From positions 5,536,001-5,600,000 of the forward strand of contig OZ241917.1 of NCBI GenBank assembly GCA_965203805.1: DNA of 64,000 nt, written 5' to 3'. The DNA comes from Candidatus Latescibacterota bacterium. GTDB taxonomy: Bacteria; Latescibacterota; UBA2968; GCA-2709665. The notes beneath the pieces are model-generated. The model was not told the origin of the DNA, ran no database searches, and was given only the letters and a program-made list of their open reading frames with translations. Made by a program: the position numbers and the translations under genes. Numbering within the stretch: the stretch's first letter is position 1; every line of letters starts with the position of its first letter. Shown piece after piece: positions 9,826 to 19,952 of this stretch.

Positions 9826-11121
9826 ATGAATACGGTTCGATCCACAGCGCTTTTCGAGGCGAGTTCCCGATACCTCGCGATGGGTGTGTCTTCGGGTATG
9901 CGTCGCGCCGTGACGTCCCCGCCGCTTTTCTTCGAGCGGGCGGACGGGGCGTACTACTACGACGTGGACGGAAACAGACTGCTGGACTATACCCTGGCGT
10001 GGGGGCCGTTGATTCTCGGTTCGAATCATCCGGAACTGAATGCGGCCGTGGCGGAGGCGGTTCGGAATTCATACACCCTCGGGGCCCAGCATCCGGGCGA
10101 GGTTGCCTTCGCAAAGCTGCTGGTGGAAACACTTCCGGGCGTCGACCAGGTGATTTTCTCCAATACGGGCTCCGAGGCCGTTCAGGCGGCCCTGAGACTT
10201 GCGCGCGCCGCAACCGGTCGTACCAAGTTCGTCAAATTCGAGGGACATTACCACGGATGGTTGAACAACATTCTCGTGAGTTACCACGAATCCGACGAAG
10301 CACTCGGGAACCTGGAAGCACCCAGGGTCGTGCCCGCCTGCGGCGGCCAGCCGGCGGCCGAATATGCGGAGACTGTCACGTTGCCATGGAACCGGTTGGA
10401 CCTGCTGGAAAACCTGTTCGCCGAACGGGGATCGGAGATTGCAGCGGTCATCACCGAGCCGGTACTGGCCAACTCCGGATCCATCATGCCCTCGGAGGGG
10501 TTCCTTCAGGGGATGGTCGATCTGTGTCGAAGCAACGGCGCGGTTTCGATATTTGACGAGGTCATTACCGGGTTTCGCCTCGCTCTTGGGGGCGCCAGGG
10601 AATATTTCGACGCGATCCCCGATCTCTCGGTCTACGCGAAGGCGTTGGCCGGCGGATTCACGCTTTCCGCGGTGGCCGGTTCGCGCAGGATGTTTGACGT
10701 GCTCAGAAACGGCGCGACAATCCACGCGGGGACGTACAACGGCAGCACGGTCAATCTTGCCGCAGGGCTTGCGACGGTTACGATCCTGAGCGCGGATCCC
10801 CGGGCCTTCCAACGGATGCATGAGCACGGATACGCGATTCGGCGGGCGATTGAGGCGGCTGCGGCTTCCCGGGGAATCCACGTCTGCACGTCGGGAGCGG
10901 GCACGGTCTTCAACGTTCACTTCGGTGTAGGTTCTCCCCCCGTTCACTACAGGGACCTGACGGCGACGGATATGGCGCTTTATACGCGATTCAGGACCGG
11001 CATGCTGGAGGCTGGCATTCAATTGTTGCCGGACGGCCGATGGTACGTGGGTCTGGCCCATGGAGAAGAGGAACTGAGTCAGGTGCGCGCGGCGGTAGGG
11101 TCTGTGGTCGCCGCAATGTAA
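9826..11121 (+). CDS. Class III PLP aminotransferase, glutamate-1-semialdehyde aminomutase-like
   Basis: DVDGN..DY..AWGPLILG, NTGSEA, FEGHYHG, IFDEVITGFR, YAKALAGG (PLP lysine) and HAGTYNG. Confidence 0.9.
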   Translation: MNTVRSTALFEASSRYLAMGVSSGMRRAVTSPPLFFERADGAYYYDVDGNRLLDYTLAWGPLILGSNHPELNAAVAEAVRNSYTLGAQHPGEVAFAKLLVETLPGVDQVIFSNTGSEAVQAALRLARAATGRTKFVKFEGHYHGWLNNILVSYHESDEALGNLEAPRVVPACGGQPAAEYAETVTLPWNRLDLLENLFAERGSEIAAVITEPVLANSGSIMPSEGFLQGMVDLCRSNGAVSIFDEVITGFRLALGGAREYFDAIPDLSVYAKALAGGFTLSAVAGSRRMFDVLRNGATIHAGTYNGSTVNLAAGLATVTILSADPRAFQRMHEHGYAIRRAIEAAAASRGIHVCTSGAGTVFNVHFGVGSPPVHYRDLTATDMALYTRFRTGMLEAGIQLLPDGRWYVGLAHGEEELSQVRAAVGSVVAAM

Positions 11122-11277
11122 CGTGCCGTTCGCCGGAATTGTCGCGATCGATTCGCAATGTCGTCCCGTTTCCCCGCGTCAGCCTGCGCCGGCTCCGTGG
11201 TAACGGGTCTGCGGGAACCGGCTGCCCAACCGCTCGTCGGCCGTGGCGCGCTTATCCTGTTTACAGGGTCAAATACC

Positions 11278-11306
11278 TTGACAACGGGGAGGCGTTATGG
11301 TAAAAT
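11278..11306 (+). promoter_or_regulatory. Near-consensus sigma70 promoter with extended -10
   Basis: TTGACA-N17-TAAAAT with a TG dinucleotide just upstream of the -10. Confidence 0.75.
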
Positions 11307-11380
11307 CACAGAGAGTTCCGGGATAATGGTTGCAGTTCGAAGGGCCGCCCGCACCCGTGGAAAGCTGGAGGAAAACGTAT

Positions 11381-12157
11381 ATGGGGATGGATGACATTCA
11401 GCCTCTTCTGGAAAGCTGGCCATACGAGCCGGACAAACTCTGTGTGAGACGCATCAAGGGGACGGATGGCGAGGAAAAAATACAGCTCCGCGTGGAGATG
11501 GGGATACTGCAGATGGAAGTCTCAGGCCGCCCGGACGGACAGCGCCCCCACGGATATGAGTCGCTGCTCCACTACTACAAGGCGAAAGTGCGGGCGTCGC
11601 CGGAGGACTCGAAGACCTACAGGCTCGACCCGGACGTCTGCCTGTCACTTCAGGTCGAAGGGCTCCAGTATTACCATCGACGGATCAGTTTTCTTGAACT
11701 GGGAGAATATCGACTCGCTCAGGATGACGCTCAGCGAAACCTCGATATGTTCGACTTCGTCAAGGAACACGCGCGCGAAGAAGAAGATAGCATGGTCCTT
11801 GAGCAATACAGGCCCTTCGTTATCGGACATCGCATACGTGCGGTGGTCCTGCAGGAACTGGAGGACGAGAATTTCGATCGGGCGCTCCTGGAAATCCACA
11901 ACGGCATTGAAGAGATCCAGGGGTTCTTCAAAGAGTACGACAGGCCCGACCTTGTGGAAGACAGCGAAGAGGTAGTTTTTTTGAAGGAATGGGCGGAAGA
12001 AATCCGAAAGGATCGACCCAGGCCTCTGTTTCAGGACCTCAAGGAGCAACTCAGCGAGGCGGTCGCCATTGAAGATTTCGAGCGCGCCGCCCAGCTGCGG
12101 GATCAGCTGCAGGCACTTTCGCCCGGTTCAGACCGAAAATCCGGAACCCGCAAGTAG
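11381..12157 (+). CDS. UvrB/UvrC-motif-containing conserved protein
   Basis: C-terminal LSEAVAIEDFERAAQLRDQL UVR motif; RPDGQRPHG motif; GGAGG RBS. Confidence 0.8.
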   Translation: MGMDDIQPLLESWPYEPDKLCVRRIKGTDGEEKIQLRVEMGILQMEVSGRPDGQRPHGYESLLHYYKAKVRASPEDSKTYRLDPDVCLSLQVEGLQYYHRRISFLELGEYRLAQDDAQRNLDMFDFVKEHAREEEDSMVLEQYRPFVIGHRIRAVVLQELEDENFDRALLEIHNGIEEIQGFFKEYDRPDLVEDSEEVVFLKEWAEEIRKDRPRPLFQDLKEQLSEAVAIEDFERAAQLRDQLQALSPGSDRKSGTRK

Positions 12158-12184
12158 CGTCCGGCCCGAAAGGGGACTGATCTA

Positions 12185-13486
12185 TTGGCGGTGCATGAAA
12201 TCTTCACCTCAAGGGAGCCGGAACGCGCAATTCTGGTGGGCATGGCGCTTCCGGGCAATTCATCCTGGGATACAGACGACACGCTGAATGAACTTGCGTT
12301 ACTCGCGGACACTGCAGGTGCGCAGGTTGTGGGCCGGATGGTGCAGGAGCGGGAAAGCATCGATCCGGCTTTTTTTATCGGCCGGGGCAAGGCTGAGGAA
12401 CTTGCGGTCCGCGTGAAACAACTCCGGGCGCAAGTGGTAATCTTCGACGACGACCTGTCGCCTGCCCAATTCAAGAACATCGAGGAAGTGGCGGGCGCCA
12501 ACGTCATCGATCGGAGCCGGCTGATCCTGGACATCTTCGCGGGACGGGCCAAGACGCGCGAGGCCCAGACCCAGGTGGAACTGGCACAACTCAACTACCT
12601 GTTGCCGCGGCTGACGCGCCGATGGACGCATCTGTCGCGCCAGGCCGGCCACGGCGGGACGACCGGTGGAATCGGCACCCGGGGTCCGGGAGAAACGCAA
12701 CTGGAGGTGGACCGCCGGGCGCTGCGGAGCCGTATCGGGGTCTTGACCAGAGCGCTGAACCGGATCGCCAGGCGGCGTGTACTGGGGCGTAAGCAGCGAA
12801 CGGATACGTACCGTATCTCCCTGGTGGGCTATACGAATGCCGGAAAATCGACGTTGATGCGCGCACTTTCCGGCGCCGACGTGTTCGTGGAAGACCGCTT
12901 GTTCGCAACGCTGGACTCCACGACCCGCAGAGTCTATCTGGGGTACAATCGGGAAGTCCTGCTGACCGACACGGTCGGGTTTATCCGAAAGCTGCCGCAT
13001 CACCTTGTCGCTTCGTTCAGAAGCACACTCGAGGAGGCGGTTGATGCGGACCTGTTATTGCACGTTGTCGACGTGAGCCATCCAATGTGCGAAGAGCAGA
13101 TCGGGGCGGTGCATGAAACGCTCCACGGACTGGGCATCGCGGAGTACCCCACGTTGATGGCATTCAACAAGATCGATCAGTTTCACGATCCGTCTATGCA
13201 GGGGCGGCTTCGGGCCGGGTATCCGGACGGCATCTGGATCTCGGCACAGGAAAACCGCGGGCTGGACGATCTGCGGTGGGCGATTTACGACCGGCTCGAG
13301 GGCGAACGCAAGGTGATGCAACTGCGTGTTCCCCAGGCGGAAGGAAAGCTCCTCTCGGAACTGTATCGGGTGGGGGAGATATTGAATACGACCTATAAGG
13401 GAAACGATGTGTTTCTGGAGATCAAGCTGAGCCGCCAGAATGCGAGGCGGCTCCTTCCCGACGGAAGGTTTCGGATCAAACGATGA
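12185..13486 (+). CDS. hflX: Ribosome-splitting GTPase HflX
   Basis: LILDIFA.RA.T.EA..QVELAQL.Y.LPRL, RGPGETQLE.DRR, GYTNAGKST, DTVGFI and NKID. Confidence 0.97.
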   Translation: MAVHEIFTSREPERAILVGMALPGNSSWDTDDTLNELALLADTAGAQVVGRMVQERESIDPAFFIGRGKAEELAVRVKQLRAQVVIFDDDLSPAQFKNIEEVAGANVIDRSRLILDIFAGRAKTREAQTQVELAQLNYLLPRLTRRWTHLSRQAGHGGTTGGIGTRGPGETQLEVDRRALRSRIGVLTRALNRIARRRVLGRKQRTDTYRISLVGYTNAGKSTLMRALSGADVFVEDRLFATLDSTTRRVYLGYNREVLLTDTVGFIRKLPHHLVASFRSTLEEAVDADLLLHVVDVSHPMCEEQIGAVHETLHGLGIAEYPTLMAFNKIDQFHDPSMQGRLRAGYPDGIWISAQENRGLDDLRWAIYDRLEGERKVMQLRVPQAEGKLLSELYRVGEILNTTYKGNDVFLEIKLSRQNARRLLPDGRFRIKR

Positions 13487-13595
13487 ATTGAAGCTCGATC
13501 TTTGCGGGATGATAAAACGAAACAGGCGTTTGCGGTTTCCATCCGCAAACGCCTGTTTTTTCTGAATAGCCGGTATCTTCGGACACGCCAGCAGG

Positions 13596-14018
13596 TCAGG
13601 TCGGGGATTCATCTTCTGTATCGGCAGGCGGAGACTCCTGGCCATCAACCTCCGCGGGCGATGCAACTTCGTCTCCAGCAGCGCACTTCCCCCTGATAAT
13701 GGCGCCTTCTTCCACGACGATGGAACGCGCCGCGATGTCTCCGTTGAAGACGGCGCTGGCTTCCAGCTTGACGCTCCCGTCGGCTTCCAGTTTTCCGGTA
13801 ACTTCCCCGCCTATCACCGCGTCACGCACCCGGACGACCTCTGCATCCACTCTTCCGGACGGACCGATGACAAGCGTGCCCGATGCATGCAGTTCGCCCT
13901 TGAGCGTGCCATCCAGTCGGATGCTCTCGTCCGACGTTACCGATCCTTCCATCACCGTGTCTTTGCCGATCACCGTTTTGATGGCTTCTTTTTCCAGCTT
14001 TTGTTTGAACGCTAACAT
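13596..14018 (-). CDS. Bactofilin (polymer-forming cytoskeletal protein)
   Basis: TVIGKDTVMEG..IRLDG.LKG..LVIGPSG beta-helix repeats and the VEEGA motif. Confidence 0.9.
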   Translation of the reverse strand: MLAFKQKLEKEAIKTVIGKDTVMEGSVTSDESIRLDGTLKGELHASGTLVIGPSGRVDAEVVRVRDAVIGGEVTGKLEADGSVKLEASAVFNGDIAARSIVVEEGAIIRGKCAAGDEVASPAEVDGQESPPADTEDESPT

Positions 14019-14156
14019 TCGGATGTCCGCTCACGAGTCTTTTGCTATGTAAGATTGTCCGATGGGTATTTCCACGCGTTGGGGAATCTCATATTTCTGC
14101 GGACCGGCCGGAGACATCGCGGAGAGGTCGGGAACCGGGTACCGGTCATCCTGCAT

Positions 14157-14618
14157 TCATCTGGAATTCACGGAATCGCGGGGCGACCCGGCAGCGCCCT
14201 CGACCGTACTGGCGGCGGGCGCGCCTTTCTCTCCGTTCTCCTCCTGGCGTCCGGAAGAAATCGCATTCGTGAAGGAAGCCTGCGTCGGCCCCGCGTCGGG
14301 CAACAGCATCTGACGCAGTTTCTGATCGGTTCCCTGGATTCGCTTCAGGGTCAGCGCAAGTTCTTCCACACGAGCCACTTCCGCTTTCAGCCGGCTGTTC
14401 TCCGCCCTCAGGGTGTGCGCCGACTGTCGCCACTCCTGAATCTTCCATATGAAGGCGAATTCCAGGATCAGCATGATGAGCAGCAGGAGAATCGCGCCGG
14501 CGACCGCCCTGAACGGCCAGTAACCGAGCTTGAACACAATGGTGCGCGAAGCGTCGTCGGGTATGAACAGTACCGACATCTTTCTGCGCCGTTGTCTGGC
14601 CACGCAATCGGTCTCCAC
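14157..14618 (-). CDS. Membrane-anchored coiled-coil protein resembling the N-terminus of bactofilin-associated M23 peptidases
   Basis: Short cytoplasmic beta segment (SVLFIPDD), one TM helix and a coiled coil; no M23 HxxxD/HxH motifs. Confidence 0.6.
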   Translation of the reverse strand: METDCVARQRRRKMSVLFIPDDASRTIVFKLGYWPFRAVAGAILLLLIMLILEFAFIWKIQEWRQSAHTLRAENSRLKAEVARVEELALTLKRIQGTDQKLRQMLLPDAGPTQASFTNAISSGRQEENGEKGAPAASTVEGAAGSPRDSVNSR

Positions 14619-14812
14619 TTCGGGTTCCGCCTGGTGCCGATGGCGCCGGAGGCGATTACCGCCTTCGCATCGGCGCCGATGCCTGAGATCACGTCTGCGT
14701 TCAGGTTAGCAGGCGGCGGCGGTTTTGTCAAGCGGTTTAGGGCGGGGCCGCCGCCCGATGGCGGTGCACGATGCTCGGGGACCGGCGGGTGTCCCGGTCC
14801 GCATGGTCGCAG

Positions 14813-14974
14813 CTACACGCGTTTCTGCAGCAGCCAGCCGGCCGTGAAAATCAGACCGCCGATGATCGCAAAGCGCACCTCCCGGCCGATGTCCTCTTCG
14901 TAGAGGCCGACAAACAGGCCGAAACCCATATAGATCAGCCCGGCAAGTTGAAGGATGCGAGCAAGCAGACGCAT
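14813..14974 (-). CDS. Small two-TM membrane protein
   Basis: 53-aa ORF with two hydrophobic helices, co-oriented with its neighbours. Confidence 0.6.
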   Translation of the reverse strand: MRLLARILQLAGLIYMGFGLFVGLYEEDIGREVRFAIIGGLIFTAGWLLQKRV

Positions 14975-15191
14975 TCGAAACCCTGTCCCCGCCTTGTCCC
15001 GTCCCGTCCGCATTTCATCGCGGCAGATCGGAGGAGGATGTGGCTTCTACGCCAGGAACATTAAGAAATTGCGGGCAATCGGTCAACCGTCCTCGTCTGC
15101 ATCGTTCCGGAAACCGGCGTAGCGTGGGCGGCGAAAACGAAAGCCGACATCAAAAGACATCGGCATTTATTCGGAGTGATAGCTTACGGCG

Positions 15192-15387
15192 GTGTTAGCG
15201 CCCCAAACACGCAACACTAAAACTGCAATCAATTGCACCGTAGACCAAGAAAGCCAAATTGATCAAAATCATCAATTCTCGCTTTTTTTGGGGCGAACAC
15301 GATAGGTGTCCAAAGACGCTTGTATAGTCGATTTTTAATACCTGATGTCTAAGTAACCAACGGTTCTTCGGCAAAATGGGCTAACAC
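15192..15387. repeat. AT-rich segment bounded by imperfect inverted repeats (possible MITE or IS remnant)
   Basis: GTGTTAGCGCCCCAAA at 15192; TTTGGGGCGAACAC ending 15300; GGGCTAACAC at 15378-15387. Confidence 0.4.
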
Positions 15388-15434
15388 GAAACCTTCATGG
15401 ACCCCTATTCGAAGGCGACTCAGGATCGTATCAG

Positions 15435-18400
15435 TCAGGCCCAAAGCCAATCCAACTCCGAAAAAGCAAGTTTCCGATCGAAGTTCTCGATGTTGTCCCG
15501 AACGTTGAGAATCAGACAGCGGTCGCCGCCACCGTTCAGTGGTCCCCTCAATCCGCGACCGATCATCTGGAAGTATAGGTTCGGGCTGTATACGGGCCGA
15601 GCGACGATTATGGCCCGTGTCTTGGGAGCGTCGAAGCCCTCGCGGAATACCCCATAGTTGACGAGTGCCTTAATCTCTCCACGGCGGAAGTTTTCGACCA
15701 CACGTCGTCGAGTCGCCGTTTCCGTCTCTCCGCTAACTGCACGCGACCGTATTCCCTTCCGGTTGAGGAGTGCTGCCAGCGTCTGCGCATGCTCGACCGA
15801 TGTCGCGAAGATTAGTGTAGACCATTCCGGATCAATACGTGACACATAAGCTTCGATGATGCGTTTGGTTCGCTCGACGCTATGAGCGATGCGCTCTTCC
15901 ACGCTCTGGGGAAGCCAGGGCAGTGCCATCCACTCGTTAAGTGTCCGTGTCAATTCTTCCTTGTCTACCGAGCCATTCAGGATCTCGTCGAGCGGAAACG
16001 TCTCGCCCTCAATGGTCTCATGATCGGCTTGGGCAAGTACGCCCATTTCTTGCAATTCACAGATGACGGCTTCCGGCTCGTCGCTCGCGAACGCTCCCGA
16101 GTCCAGTCGCCTGTTTCCGTAGCGTCGAACGAGTCTCTTCGTCTCCTCTTCGTCGCGTCCGCGATAGGGCGTAGCCGTAAGGCCAAGCATCAGTGGCTCC
16201 TCCACCCGTTGAAAGCGGGTCAATCCGATATCCTCCATGACAGACGTGAAAGTCGGGGCGATTGACCGATGTGCCTCATCGAAAACCACTAGCTTGAAGT
16301 TGGCCAAGAACTCGTACTCATCGGGCTGGTGTGTGAGCCTCGCCTTAAGAGTCTGGATGGTCGCAACGACGACGTGAAGTTCGCTCGTGGGTTGCGGCCT
16401 CTCCAGCCCACCCCACAATCTGGAGATACGTAGCCGAGTCGCCTGTGTGCCGACACTTGACCACACCTGCCGCCATCCTTCCACGGCTTGCTCGCACAGT
16501 TCGTCCCGGTCAGCAACCCAAAGGACGCCGCCAGGGAAGCCGTCATCCCGCATGGCTTCAATGATCGCCTGCACAGCGACCCGGGTTTTTCCGGACCCGG
16601 TCGGCATGCTAATGATCCCTCTCCGATCGGACCCACCCTCCTGTTCGCCAAGCAGCATGTTCCGGACATTGTCGACGACAGTCTGCTGGTAGCCATGAAG
16701 GTCTGGAAGAGAGTACGGACCCTCGATCTCCAGAAAGGGGTCGCGTTTCTGGTCCCGCTCACCGGCCCAATTGGCGGAGAACCCGAGGGACCGCACGAAG
16801 TCCACAGCCCGCTGCGAGCCAGCCCAACGTACCGGCGGGTCGAGACGTTCCAACGCCCACCTGTATTGCTTGAGTGCGTCGGTGTGCCAGGTGGCTATGG
16901 CAGCCTCCGCAATGTCAGTTCCCGCTAGTGTGACGTCGCCACTCTCAAGTATCGATAGAAGAGAATCGGGAAGACTTGAGCGTAGGGCCTGTTCTCCCAC
17001 TGCGGCCAAGAGGCGTTTAGCGTCGGAAGAATGCTGCCGTATCGCGAAGCGTCTCTCCTTGACTTCCTGCGGTGTCCTTCGGTGCAGTATTGCGTCGGTC
17101 TCATTTACGTCAATCCCAAGCTCCAACTCTTCCACGACGAGTTGTAATTTTCGTAGCTCGTCACCAACCGAGTCCGAGATATATATATTGGAGGCATGTA
17201 GAACGCACTCGCGAGGTTGTCCTAGGACGAGTATCCGCTCGCAGCGAATGAGACTGCACGTTCGCCGATACCCAGGAAGGTATTGCCCAAGGCCTGGCCA
17301 GATATCAGTCAATGGGATAGGTTCGTCTTCTACGAAGAATTCCGGCGTCGGCTGCGCCAGATCAAACGCCTTCTTGATATCGTCAGCATTCGAATGGAAA
17401 AGCAGCACGTGCAGTGCTTTCGGACTCTTCGGGTGTGGTCCAAGCGCGTCCTCCAGCGGAACGATCCCGCCGTCGGTTCGGATTCGCCCGTGTTTCCTGA
17501 GCATCTGGACAGTTGGCGATTCGCATTGTAACGATGGACACGGGTTTTGTGTGTCGTGGCGCATCGTCCACGGGCTATAGGTCGTCTCACTTGAAAGCAG
17601 GCTATCCGTGTATCGCGCACTTCCTTCATCGGAGAGAAGACGGAGAACCTCCAACGGTCCGCGACCAATGTTGGTTTCGAAATTCAGTAGATGCGAATGT
17701 GGGTTTCTTTTTAGTTCGCGACTTGTGAAGCGTTCGCGGCACTCTTCCAAGAAACCCGGAAACCATGGTTCTGGCGAAAGGTCGCGACCATCATTGGGCG
17801 TCTCTGCCACACCAAGAGCGCGTAACAGCTCATCGTCGGCTTCATGGAATTCGATGTCCGCAGTAACGTCTTTGTCACGGCTTCCGTCGCCGGGTACGAT
17901 ATCGCCGGGCCGCAGTACGGAATGGAGCGGTCTCCAACCGCCAGCCCTTGTCCGAACCCGGAGTTTCGTAGTCCAGACGTCTACTCCCCTGTCGTTGTTC
18001 TCCCGAATGACGTCCGTAGCGGACTTCGTAGATAACTTACGGGAAGTGGTCCAGAACTCTTGGTGGAGATCGGCACTCAACTCACTATCAGCTCCGCTTC
18101 CGATGATGAGTTCTGCCAGAACCCTGAATCTGGTTTCCCACGATGGCGGCTTAAGTCCGAGTTCCTTGAGCGCCGCAAACGTGTCGTGGTCCGATGCCAG
18201 TTTGGGGTGGACGCACGACGCCGGGCTCTTGGCTCCGTCACCGTTTAGCGACTCACTAGGCAGGAAGAGGTGCTCAGGATCAGGCGACCGCCAATCCCCG
18301 CTCGCCGTTAGAACGATAGCGCCAAGTCTTGCTCCCGATCTCTTTTCAGGCGATATCGCCGCAGCGGTCTGAATCGCCGCCATGGACGCGCTTGCCGCCT

Positions 18401-19952
18401 CATCCGCTTCCTTCCCGTACATAAGTGCCTGCAACCACTCCTCTATGGACGCCCTTGGCGCACCCGAAGATGACAATCCTGGCGGGTTTCCTTCCGTGTG
18501 AAACAGTCGATCGATTCTGGGGAGCCTGATGCGGGTGAGCGCTTTGTGATGAAGCCAATCGCGTGGCCGGTCCGCGTATGCTGCCCACCGTTCGAACGGT
18601 CGTGTATCTATCTGGGGCTCTGAGGTAAGTTCCAACGGAGGATAGAAGATGTTCCCGTGTACATGCAGTTTTCCGTCCTGATCTGGAACGATTTCACGTT
18701 CGTGGAGATCGGAGAACAGGATTCTGCGGAGAAGATTAACCTGGTCGGAATCGGCCCAACCTCGTTCGCGTGGCAAAGCATCCAAGTGTCGCGCAGGATC
18801 GTCGGATGTTGCCAGCCCTGGGAGTGCCTCGGCGATCATTGTCGCGGCGGCTTTGATCAATTCGTCATTGTATGGCCCCGGCAATAGATTTTGACGATCC
18901 TCATTGGTCTTCCATGGCGCATTCAGGATACCGGCAAGGAGGCTTGCGGTCTTGGTCGGAAAGAAAGCCCAGAAGTGTCCGGGGCGATCGAGGCGATCTA
19001 GCGGTACTGCCCACGAGATCGGCACGTTGCCGCTGTCTTTATCTAAGCCCCAGTCGCTTAGTGCTTCGGAAGAAAGGGTATGGGTTGTCTTGAAAAGCCG
19101 CCAATGCGAAGTCTCGTCGCCGGTATCGAGATGGAACTCCTCCTTCCGATGCTGCAACATGAAACTTCGGGAGACTTCTCCACATTCAAGGGTCAGATAA
19201 CGGACATGATCGACGAAAAGCAGAAATTCGGGCGGAAAGTCCCTGATTTGTTTTTCGAGGTCATCTCGCGCACCGGGCTTAAGGGGCAGGCGTACGATGT
19301 TCGTCGCCCAACCCATCAGTTCCTGCATTTCCTCGTCGGCATTCCTCTCAATGTAGGGATCGATAGGTTCCGGCAACCGCAGAACCGGGTATTGATCGGC
19401 TTGCGCGATGTCCGCTATTCTTTTCGCCGAGCGTGTTTTGTCAAACATGAACGAACCAGACCGGCTGTAGAACTCGGGAGCATCCGTTACTCTCAAGACC
19501 GATTTGAAACCTTTCCCGAACCTTCCGATCGCCGAGGTGTTCCGTTTGCTCGACATGCGGTCGAACATGAGCCCCACGATCCCGTCTTCGTCGATGGATT
19601 TTCCATCGTCAGCACAGTATAGGAAGTGTTTCGTCACGCGGATCAGAATGCTTTTCCCTTTTGGAGCGTCAAGTAAAGCGTCCGCGCTGTTTTGGACGAG
19701 TTCGAAGAGCTGCCGTCGAGCATATCCTCCGTGGGCGGTATCATATTCCTGGTTGAAATGCTCGGTTACGTGTCGTGGCTGCACACGGTATGAATCGAGG
19801 GTCTTCTGCGTCTCTTTGACAATGAACTCGGCAAGCGGACCGTCGGGGCCAACCCAAACCGCTTTCTTGTCGAGAGTGGGAAAGCTCACGTTAGCGTTTC
19901 TCTGGGCGAACCTGCCGCGTACACTCTTGGAAAAGTCGTATTCGGTCTTCAT
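15435..19952 (-). CDS. 1505-aa protein: BrnA-like antitoxin N-terminal peptide, sacsin-like GHKL ATPase and C-terminal SF2 (DEAH/ResIII-type) helicase
   Basis: N-terminus MKTEYDFSKSVRGRF. GHKL motifs ELVQNSADA, DDG and IGRFGKGFKSV. Helicase motifs MPTGSGKT, DEAH, LTATP, LIFATSVEHA, FREGFDAP and QMIGRGLR. Confidence 0.88.
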   Translation of the reverse strand: MKTEYDFSKSVRGRFAQRNANVSFPTLDKKAVWVGPDGPLAEFIVKETQKTLDSYRVQPRHVTEHFNQEYDTAHGGYARRQLFELVQNSADALLDAPKGKSILIRVTKHFLYCADDGKSIDEDGIVGLMFDRMSSKRNTSAIGRFGKGFKSVLRVTDAPEFYSRSGSFMFDKTRSAKRIADIAQADQYPVLRLPEPIDPYIERNADEEMQELMGWATNIVRLPLKPGARDDLEKQIRDFPPEFLLFVDHVRYLTLECGEVSRSFMLQHRKEEFHLDTGDETSHWRLFKTTHTLSSEALSDWGLDKDSGNVPISWAVPLDRLDRPGHFWAFFPTKTASLLAGILNAPWKTNEDRQNLLPGPYNDELIKAAATMIAEALPGLATSDDPARHLDALPRERGWADSDQVNLLRRILFSDLHEREIVPDQDGKLHVHGNIFYPPLELTSEPQIDTRPFERWAAYADRPRDWLHHKALTRIRLPRIDRLFHTEGNPPGLSSSGAPRASIEEWLQALMYGKEADEAASASMAAIQTAAAISPEKRSGARLGAIVLTASGDWRSPDPEHLFLPSESLNGDGAKSPASCVHPKLASDHDTFAALKELGLKPPSWETRFRVLAELIIGSGADSELSADLHQEFWTTSRKLSTKSATDVIRENNDRGVDVWTTKLRVRTRAGGWRPLHSVLRPGDIVPGDGSRDKDVTADIEFHEADDELLRALGVAETPNDGRDLSPEPWFPGFLEECRERFTSRELKRNPHSHLLNFETNIGRGPLEVLRLLSDEGSARYTDSLLSSETTYSPWTMRHDTQNPCPSLQCESPTVQMLRKHGRIRTDGGIVPLEDALGPHPKSPKALHVLLFHSNADDIKKAFDLAQPTPEFFVEDEPIPLTDIWPGLGQYLPGYRRTCSLIRCERILVLGQPRECVLHASNIYISDSVGDELRKLQLVVEELELGIDVNETDAILHRRTPQEVKERRFAIRQHSSDAKRLLAAVGEQALRSSLPDSLLSILESGDVTLAGTDIAEAAIATWHTDALKQYRWALERLDPPVRWAGSQRAVDFVRSLGFSANWAGERDQKRDPFLEIEGPYSLPDLHGYQQTVVDNVRNMLLGEQEGGSDRRGIISMPTGSGKTRVAVQAIIEAMRDDGFPGGVLWVADRDELCEQAVEGWRQVWSSVGTQATRLRISRLWGGLERPQPTSELHVVVATIQTLKARLTHQPDEYEFLANFKLVVFDEAHRSIAPTFTSVMEDIGLTRFQRVEEPLMLGLTATPYRGRDEEETKRLVRRYGNRRLDSGAFASDEPEAVICELQEMGVLAQADHETIEGETFPLDEILNGSVDKEELTRTLNEWMALPWLPQSVEERIAHSVERTKRIIEAYVSRIDPEWSTLIFATSVEHAQTLAALLNRKGIRSRAVSGETETATRRRVVENFRRGEIKALVNYGVFREGFDAPKTRAIIVARPVYSPNLYFQMIGRGLRGPLNGGGDRCLILNVRDNIENFDRKLAFSELDWLWA

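Noticed and set aside
9826-11121. Naming the gene hemL
   Set aside because: The family is clear, but there is no heme gene context and paralogous GSA-like aminotransferases are common.
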